DNA from: Oscillospiraceae bacterium
GTDB taxonomy: Bacteria > Bacillota > Clostridia > Oscillospirales > Butyricicoccaceae
Length of the DNA stretch: 64,000 bases
Reading direction: 5' to 3'
Assembly (NCBI GenBank): GCA_045636925.1
Contig: JAZTYK010000002.1
Coordinates: 61,170 to 125,169, forward strand
Shown here: positions 58,176 to 64,000 of the stretch, piece after piece
Position numbering within the stretch: the first letter of the stretch is position 1
How the letters are laid out: each line of letters opens with the position of its first letter
Program-made: the position numbers and the translations under genes
The notes under the pieces: generated by a model
What the model was told of the DNA's origin: nothing
The model's input: the letters and a program-made list of their open reading frames with translations, nothing else
Databases searched by the model: none

Positions 58176-58376
58176 ATGTCAGAAAAAATCAATTCTTATA
58201 TATTAAGCGTTTGCGACGTTGCATCCATACTCAACATATCCAAATCGAAAGCCTATGACCTTATGCGGACAGATTCTTTTCCCTCACTACGGGTCGGAAA
58301 ACGAATTCTTGTCCCTCGCGACAGATTCGAGGCCTGGATAGATCAACAAATAAGTTCAAATAGAAACAATGAATAG
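58176..58376 (+). CDS. xis: Excisionase-family HTH DNA-binding protein
   Basis: 66 aa. VASILNISKSKAYDLMRTDSFPSLRVGKRILVPRDRFEAWI is typical of the MerR-like excisionase family. Confidence 0.8.
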   Translation: MSEKINSYILSVCDVASILNISKSKAYDLMRTDSFPSLRVGKRILVPRDRFEAWIDQQISSNRNNE

Positions 58377-58386
58377 GAGTGTATAT

Positions 58387-59556
58387 ATGGCAAAAAATCG
58401 CGCAAGGGGAGGCGGGTCCATCCGCCAGCGTTCCGATGGCAGATGGGAAGCTCGCTATACGGCGGGCAATGATCCTTTAACTGGAAAGCAGCTTCAACGG
58501 TCCGTTTATGGAAAGACCCAGCGAGAGGCACAGCAAAAGCTCAATAAAGTTCTCGCCGAGGTAGACTCCGGCACATATCTAAAGCACTCAAAAGAAACCC
58601 TGGCCTCTTGGATGGAATCCTGGCTTGAAACCTTTGCTGCACGCTCTGTCAAACCGTATACGCTGGACGCCTACCAGCGTATCTGCCAGGTCCACATCAT
58701 TCCTGCACTGGGGCATATTGCCCTCGCCTCTTTGACCACGATGCAAGTACAATCCTTTTATAACAGTTTGACAGATAGCAAGTGCCTCTCCGCTAAAACG
58801 GTAAAAAATGTACACGGGGTATTGCACAAAGCTCTTACAAAGGCCGTGCTGTTGCGCAAAATTTCCTTTAATCCTGCTGAAGGGTGCGATCTTCCTCGCG
58901 TCAAACGCAAGGAAATTCAACCATTGACCCAAGAGCAAATCGGTGACTTCTTGCGTGCAATTTGCGGGCACGTCTATGAGTTTCTCTTTTTCTTCACGCT
59001 TTTTACCGGGGTGCGAGAAGGAGAAGCCCTAGGTTTGACCTGGAACCGTATTGATTTTCAGAACAACAAAATCTTGATCGATAGGCAGCTTCAGAAAAAT
59101 GAAAAAGTTGGGGGTGAGTATATCCTGTCCTCCCCTAAAAATAGCAGGCCGCGCACCATCACTGTTTCCCCCTCTGTTATGGCCGTTCTTCGCAAGCAGC
59201 GCTCTCATCAACTCCGACAGCAGTTGGCGGCAGGGCCTGCATGGGACAACCCTCTCAACTTGGTTTTTACCAATGCCTTTGGAGGCCATTTGTGCCACAC
59301 CACCGTCTACAAGAATTTCAAGGTCATCGCAACACAGATTGGAGCACCTGATCGGCGTTTTCACGATCTCCGCCACACCTATGCAGTGCTCGCACTTGAG
59401 GCAGGGGATGACATCAAGACCTTACAAGAACATCTTGGTCACGCCACCGCAGCTTTCACACTCAGCGTATATGGTCACGTATCTGAGTTGATGCATCAAC
59501 GCTCAGCAGCCCGTATGGATCAGGTCGTGCAAAGTTTCACGAAAGAAGCCGTTTAA
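58387..59556 (+). CDS. int: Tyrosine-type site-specific integrase
   Basis: The start MAKNRARGGGSIRQRSDGRWEARY follows AGGAG. Catalytic blocks HDLRHTYA and LGHATAAFTLSVYGH. Confidence 0.92.
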   Translation: MAKNRARGGGSIRQRSDGRWEARYTAGNDPLTGKQLQRSVYGKTQREAQQKLNKVLAEVDSGTYLKHSKETLASWMESWLETFAARSVKPYTLDAYQRICQVHIIPALGHIALASLTTMQVQSFYNSLTDSKCLSAKTVKNVHGVLHKALTKAVLLRKISFNPAEGCDLPRVKRKEIQPLTQEQIGDFLRAICGHVYEFLFFFTLFTGVREGEALGLTWNRIDFQNNKILIDRQLQKNEKVGGEYILSSPKNSRPRTITVSPSVMAVLRKQRSHQLRQQLAAGPAWDNPLNLVFTNAFGGHLCHTTVYKNFKVIATQIGAPDRRFHDLRHTYAVLALEAGDDIKTLQEHLGHATAAFTLSVYGHVSELMHQRSAARMDQVVQSFTKEAV

Positions 59557-59569
59557 CATCGCAAATTTA

Positions 59570-59593
59570 TAAAGGGTCAAAATAAGGGTCAAA
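59570..59593. repeat. Right copy of the 24-bp sub-terminal direct repeat (TAAAGGGTCAAAATAAGGGTCAAA)
   Basis: Matches 37080..37103 at 23 of 24 positions. Lies between the int stop and attR. Confidence 0.7.
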
Positions 59594-59638
59594 GAAAAAT
59601 AAAAAAGCCTGCAACCCTAAGGATTGCAGACTATTCTC

Positions 59639-59661
59639 TGGCGGAGAAGGAGGGATTTGAA
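59639..59661. repeat. attR core, the 3' end of the intact tRNA-Ser
   Basis: Identical to 36944..36966. Confidence 0.85.
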
Positions 59662-59728
59662 CCCTCGCGACCCTTTCGAGCCCTACTCCCTTAGCAGGGG
59701 AGCCCCTTCACCACTTGGGTACTTCTCC
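59639..59728 (-). tRNA. tRNA-Ser (anticodon GCU), CCA-encoded, long variable arm
   Basis: The reverse complement folds by hand. Acceptor GGAGAAG/CTTCTCC. Anticodon stem CTCCC/GGGAG with loop CTGCTAA. Variable arm of 19 nt. T-arm GAGGG-TTCAAAT-CCCTC. 3' GCCA. Confidence 0.92.
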
Positions 59729-59905
59729 ATGCGGCACGCTTTTGCGTATTCGCATAGTATACTTTACCACATCCAAATAGAAAAAGCAAGTGTTTTTTTG
59801 CGCGGAACCCATGGAATTTCGTGCTTTTGCTGCTGATTGCATTTCCTCTTTGGGTATGATATGATAAGGTTAGGTGATTATTCCCATAGAAAGGGGAGCT
59901 TTCCC

Positions 59906-60481
59906 ATGAAACGATGGCTGCTGTTCAGCCTGATCCTTTGTACCGTTTTGCTTTTCTGCGCCGGCTGCGCCAAAGAGCCTGCGCCTTTTGATTCTGCCGG
60001 GGCAGCCGCTCCGGCAAGCGCCTTTCCTCTGATCCGTCTGCACAATCTTTCTCTGACTGCACCCGAAGGCTTTACTGCCGGGGACGACGGCAAAAGCTGG
60101 TATGCCCCCAACTATCCCGGTGACGGCTCTTGCATCACCCTGCACACCGCCGACACCCTTCCGCCCTTTGCCAGCTATACCCCCGACAATGTAAAGCAGG
60201 CGCTGGAATCCAGCTATCAGGACACCCTGGGCACCACCGTTGCCGTCACCATGGACGCGTTTTCCTTTACCACGGTTTCCGGCTTTGATGCCCTGCGGCT
60301 GCAATATCACTTTACCTATCGGGATATTAAAATCAATTGCCTGCAGTATCTGATCGGCGCTGACAAGGCCTATACCGTCACTTGCATGCAGGTGGCCGAT
60401 GCCAAGTGGATGACCCAGTACGATACCGTCTGCACCGGCCTGCGCTTTACCTGGGAGCTGTTCACGCCCCTTGCCGCCTGA
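59906..60481 (+). CDS. Hypothetical lipoprotein
   Basis: MKRWLLFSLILCTVLLFCAGC lipobox after a GGGGAG RBS. Confidence 0.7.
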   Translation: MKRWLLFSLILCTVLLFCAGCAKEPAPFDSAGAAAPASAFPLIRLHNLSLTAPEGFTAGDDGKSWYAPNYPGDGSCITLHTADTLPPFASYTPDNVKQALESSYQDTLGTTVAVTMDAFSFTTVSGFDALRLQYHFTYRDIKINCLQYLIGADKAYTVTCMQVADAKWMTQYDTVCTGLRFTWELFTPLAA

Positions 60482-60696
60482 GCCTGTAAAAACACGCATA
60501 AAAAGCATCGCCACAAGGCGGTGCTTTTCTTTTCATTGAAAAAATCTTTGCGCTTTTTCTTGGTTTTTCTCGAAATTGAGGGTGCTTTTTTATGTGGCAT
60601 CTGCTATAATTATAATAAACTGGTGTTTTGTGGGGATTTTTCCACAGAATACCGCAAAAACGTCATTATTAATTGTGATAAAGGAGCGTGAACCCC

Positions 60697-63318
60697 ATGC
60701 ACAAGTATGTATATCTGTTCACCGAAGGCAACGCCAAGATGCGTGAGCTGCTGGGCGGCAAGGGCGCCAACCTGGCCGAAATGACCAACATCGGTCTGCC
60801 CGTTCCTCAGGGCTTTACCATCAGCACCGAAGCCTGCACCCAGTACTATGAAGACGGCCGTCAGATCAACGAAGAGATCCAGGCCCAGATCATGGAACAC
60901 ATCGAAAAGATGGAAGCCATCACCGGCAAGAAGTTCGGCGACAAGGAAAATCCCCTGCTGGTTTCTGTCCGCAGCGGTGCCCGCGCCTCTATGCCCGGCA
61001 TGATGGATACCATCCTGAACCTGGGTCTGAATGAGGACGTTGTCAAGGTTCTGTCTGAAAAGTCCGGTAACCCCCGTTGGGCCTGGGACTGCTATCGCCG
61101 CTTTATCCAGATGTACTCCGACGTGGTCATGGAAGTGGGCAAGAAGTACTTTGAAGAACTCATCGACAAGATGAAGAAAGAAAAGGGCGTCACCCAGGAT
61201 ACCGATCTGACCGCTGCCGATCTGGAAGTTCTGGCAAACCAGTTCAAGGCTGAGTACAAGAAAAAACTGAAGGTAGACTTCCCCACCGATCCCAAGGAGC
61301 AGCTGATGGGCGCCATCAAGGCTGTTTTCCGCAGCTGGGACAATCCCCGCGCCAACTTCTACCGCATGCAGAACGACATCCCCTACAGCTGGGGTACTGC
61401 CGTTAACGTGCAGATGATGGCCTTCGGCAACATGGGCGATACCTCCGGTACCGGCGTTGCCTTTACCCGTGACCCCGCCACCGGCGAAAAGAAGCTGATG
61501 GGTGAGTTCCTGATGAACGCCCAGGGCGAAGACGTTGTTGCCGGCGTCCGTACTCCCATGCCCATCTCCAAGCTGCAGGAAGTCATGCCCCAGGTCTATG
61601 ACCAGTTCGTTGGCATCTGCAAGACCCTGGAGAGCCACTACCGTGACATGCAGGACATGGAGTTCACCATCGAAGATAAGAAGCTGTACATGCTGCAGAC
61701 CCGTAACGGCAAGCGTACCGCTGCGGCTGCCCTGAAGATCGCCTATGACCTGGTGGAAGAAGGCGTGCTGAGCAAGGAAGAAGCTCTGCTGATGCTGGAT
61801 CCCAAGCAGCTGGACGCTCTGCTGCATCCTCAGTTTGATACCAAGGCTCTGAAGGCCGCAAAGCCCGTTGCCTCTGCTCTGGCTGCCTCTCCCGGCGCTG
61901 CCTGCGGTAAGATCGTCTTTACCGCCGAGGACGCTGTTGCTCTGGGCCAGGAGAAGGAAAAGGTCATTCTGGTTCGTCTGGAGACCTCTCCCGAAGATAT
62001 CGAGGGTATGCACCACGCACAGGGCATTCTGACCGTGCGCGGCGGTATGACCTCTCACGCAGCCGTTGTTGCCCGTGGCATGGGTACCTGCTGCGTTTCC
62101 GGCTGCGGCGCCATCAAGATGGACGAAGAGAACAAGCAGTTCGAGCTGGCCGGCCGCATCTATAAGGAAGGCGACTGGATCTCTCTGGACGGTTCCACCG
62201 GTAACATCTACGGCGAAGCCCTTCCCACCGTGCCTGCCACCATCGGCGGCGAGTTCAGCACCATCATGAGCTGGGCCGACGAGGCACGCAAGCTGAAGGT
62301 CCGCACCAATGCCGACACCCCCAAGGATGCCGCTCAGGCCCGCACCTTTGGTGCCGAGGGTATCGGTCTGTGCCGTACCGAGCATATGTTCTTTGAGCCC
62401 GACCGCATCGCCGCCATCCGCGAGATGATCTGCTCTGACACCACTGCCGAGCGTGAGGCTGCACTGGAAAAGCTGCTGCCCATGCAGCAGGGCGACTTCG
62501 AAGGCATCTATGAGGCGATGGAAGGCTATCCCGTTACCATCCGCTTCCTGGATCCTCCCCTGCACGAGTTCGTGCCCACCGAGGACAAGGACATCGAGCT
62601 GCTGGCCGAGACCCAGGGCAAGACCCCTGCCGACATCCGCGCCATCATCGCCGGCCTGCACGAGTTTAACCCCATGATGGGTCACCGTGGCTGCCGTCTG
62701 GCTGTTACTTATCCCGAAATCGCCAAGATGCAGACCCGTGCTGTCATCCGTGCCGCACTGGCTGTTCAGGCCCGTCATGCCGACTGGAACCTGGTTCCCG
62801 AGATCATGATCCCCCTGGTTGGCGAAAAGAAGGAGCTGGCCTTTGTGAAGAAGGTCGTCTGCCAGGTTGCTGACGAAGAGATCGCAGCTGCAGGCAGCGA
62901 TATGAAGTACATGGTGGGTACCATGATCGAGATCCCCCGCGCTGCCCTGACTGCCGATGAGATCGCACAGGAAGCCGAGTTCTTCTCCTTCGGTACCAAC
63001 GACCTGACCCAGATGACCTTTGGTTTCAGCCGTGACGACGCAGGCAAGTTCCTGAATGCCTACTACGAGACCAAGATCTACGAGTCCGATCCCTTTGCCC
63101 GTCTGGATCAGACCGGCGTTGGCCAGCTGGTACAGATGGCTGCCGAAAAGGGCCGCAAGACCCGCCAGAACCTGAAGCTGGGTATCTGCGGTGAGCACGG
63201 CGGCGATCCCTCTTCTGTAGAGTTCTGCCACAAGGTGGGCCTGGACTATGTTTCCTGCTCCCCCTTCCGTGTACCCATCGCCCGTCTGGCTGCCGCCCAG
63301 GCTGCCATCAAGGGCTAA
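60697..63318 (+). CDS. ppdK: Pyruvate, phosphate dikinase
   Basis: MHKYVYLFTEGNAKMRELLGGKGANLAEM, the phospho-His motif GGMTSHAAVVARG, and a C-terminal PEP-utilising TIM barrel. The ATG at 60697 lies 10 nt after AGGAG. Confidence 0.96.
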   Translation: MHKYVYLFTEGNAKMRELLGGKGANLAEMTNIGLPVPQGFTISTEACTQYYEDGRQINEEIQAQIMEHIEKMEAITGKKFGDKENPLLVSVRSGARASMPGMMDTILNLGLNEDVVKVLSEKSGNPRWAWDCYRRFIQMYSDVVMEVGKKYFEELIDKMKKEKGVTQDTDLTAADLEVLANQFKAEYKKKLKVDFPTDPKEQLMGAIKAVFRSWDNPRANFYRMQNDIPYSWGTAVNVQMMAFGNMGDTSGTGVAFTRDPATGEKKLMGEFLMNAQGEDVVAGVRTPMPISKLQEVMPQVYDQFVGICKTLESHYRDMQDMEFTIEDKKLYMLQTRNGKRTAAAALKIAYDLVEEGVLSKEEALLMLDPKQLDALLHPQFDTKALKAAKPVASALAASPGAACGKIVFTAEDAVALGQEKEKVILVRLETSPEDIEGMHHAQGILTVRGGMTSHAAVVARGMGTCCVSGCGAIKMDEENKQFELAGRIYKEGDWISLDGSTGNIYGEALPTVPATIGGEFSTIMSWADEARKLKVRTNADTPKDAAQARTFGAEGIGLCRTEHMFFEPDRIAAIREMICSDTTAEREAALEKLLPMQQGDFEGIYEAMEGYPVTIRFLDPPLHEFVPTEDKDIELLAETQGKTPADIRAIIAGLHEFNPMMGHRGCRLAVTYPEIAKMQTRAVIRAALAVQARHADWNLVPEIMIPLVGEKKELAFVKKVVCQVADEEIAAAGSDMKYMVGTMIEIPRAALTADEIAQEAEFFSFGTNDLTQMTFGFSRDDAGKFLNAYYETKIYESDPFARLDQTGVGQLVQMAAEKGRKTRQNLKLGICGEHGGDPSSVEFCHKVGLDYVSCSPFRVPIARLAAAQAAIKG

Positions 63319-63333
63319 TATTTCCCAATAACG

Positions 63334-63366
63334 AATCCGCTCCTCATACCGAGGGGCGGATTTTTC
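63334..63366 (+). terminator. Intrinsic terminator after ppdK
   Basis: AATCCGCTCCTC-ATACC-GAGGGGCGGATT followed by TTTTT. Confidence 0.85.
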
Positions 63367-63433
63367 ATGGCAACAGGTGGTTGCTTGTTTTTTGGAACTC
63401 TTACGATATAATAGGTATTGAGGTGATAATGCT

Positions 63434-64000
63434 ATGGAAACAAAAGATATTATTCTTGAATTTAGAACTAAAAAAGGACTTTCCCAAGATGAACTTGCGG
63501 AGAAAGTATTTGTAACCCGTCAGGCAGTTTCCCGTTGGGAGAATGGCGAAACGATACCCAATACGGAAACGCTTAAACTCCTATCAGAACTTTTTGACGT
63601 TTCTATCAATACACTTCTTGGCTCACCGAGACAACTTATATGCGCGTGTTGCGGAATGCATATTGATGATGCAAATATCAGCCACGAAAAAGACGGAGCA
63701 TTCAACGAGAACTATTGCGGATGGTGCTATGCTGACGGCGAATATACTCTTGACTTTTTTGAGAAATATAAAGAACTCGGCGGCAAGGATAAGTTTGAGG
63801 AGTTCAAACAGCAACTTGTCCACGAATTAAACACCTTGCTTCATATTGAAGGTTTACCAAAGATTGAAAACCTTAATGTTCTGCCAGGCAGTTTTGTCAA
63901 TTTGGAGTACCGCCTGCCGAACGGACAAACGGTAAAATTTCTTAATGATAATGCCACCTATCTTGGCAGTCAGTTAGAGTGTGCATTTGGCGGTGACCGC
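63434..64000 (+). CDS. Partial CDS (3' end beyond the window) for an XRE-family HTH regulator fused to a zinc-ribbon-like domain
   Basis: Hand translation gives METKDIILEFRTKKGLSQDELAEKVFVTRQAVSRWENGETIPNTETLKLLSELFDVSINTLLG...CACCGMHI...YCGWCY. The frame is open to the window end, so it is absent from the ORF track. AT-richer than ppdK. Confidence 0.75.
   Translation, partial: METKDIILEFRTKKGLSQDELAEKVFVTRQAVSRWENGETIPNTETLKLLSELFDVSINTLLGSPRQLICACCGMHIDDANISHEKDGAFNENYCGWCYADGEYTLDFFEKYKELGGKDKFEEFKQQLVHELNTLLHIEGLPKIENLNVLPGSFVNLEYRLPNGQTVKFLNDNATYLGSQLECAFGGDR

Larger units (their letters stand above)
36944..59661. mobile_element. tRNA-Ser(GCU)-integrated genomic island, about 22.7 kb, with the layout of an integrative mobilizable element
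   Basis: 23-bp direct repeats at both ends. Tyrosine integrase, excisionase and repressor sit next to the intact tRNA. A MobV-like relaxase sits at the far end. The island is visibly AT-richer than its flanks and compositionally mosaic. Confidence 0.85.

Noticed and set aside
60610-63231. 873-aa ORF on the minus strand
   Set aside because: It is exactly antisense to ppdK, which has unmistakable family motifs. The product is Gly/Ala/Leu/Val-rich low-complexity sequence typical of shadow ORFs in GC-rich coding DNA.

Overview
High-GC, Clostridia-like chromosomal segment; the taxon is an inference from gene content and codon feel only.

Backbone, 1-36.6 kb:
- A Met-type T-box-controlled metY-metA-GNAT operon.
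- The complete S10-spc-alpha ribosomal protein supercluster on the minus strand, rpsJ through rplQ, including secY, adk, map, infA, rpmJ and rpoA.
- A lexA-recG-mpg DNA-repair cluster.
- A MORN-repeat/HExxH surface protein and a MATE exporter.
- A 2-hydroxyacid dehydrogenase, an [FeFe]-hydrogenase, an M20 amidohydrolase, tdk, and two lipid-metabolism genes.

Genomic island, 36944-59661 (about 22.7 kb):
- It is visibly AT-richer and compositionally mosaic.
- It is integrated into the 3' end of tRNA-Ser(GCU) and bounded by a 23-bp direct repeat.
- Integrase, excisionase and a multi-HTH repressor sit at the tRNA-proximal end. A frameshifted MobV-type relaxase sits at the distal end. This is the layout of an integrative mobilizable element.

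Island cargo holds the most interesting material:
- (i) A soluble KAP-family P-loop NTPase paired with an unrecognisable 786-aa multi-TM helical protein.
- (ii) One ABC ATPase with three FtsX/MacB-type permeases. Two of these are giant-ectodomain paralogs, each preceded by a small Cys-rich signal-peptide protein. The module lies divergent to an ECF-like sigma/anti-sigma pair, and sigmaW-like TGAAAC-N16 promoter motifs recur there.
- (iii) A HAD-phosphatase-like gene followed by a translationally coupled helical protein and a DUF4062 (TIR-like) protein.
- A decayed IS256 copy with an intact target duplication.

Right of the tRNA lie a lipoprotein, ppdK and a partial XRE/zinc-ribbon regulator. 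I found no rRNA genes and no CRISPR array. Many long ORFs antisense to real genes are GC artefacts.
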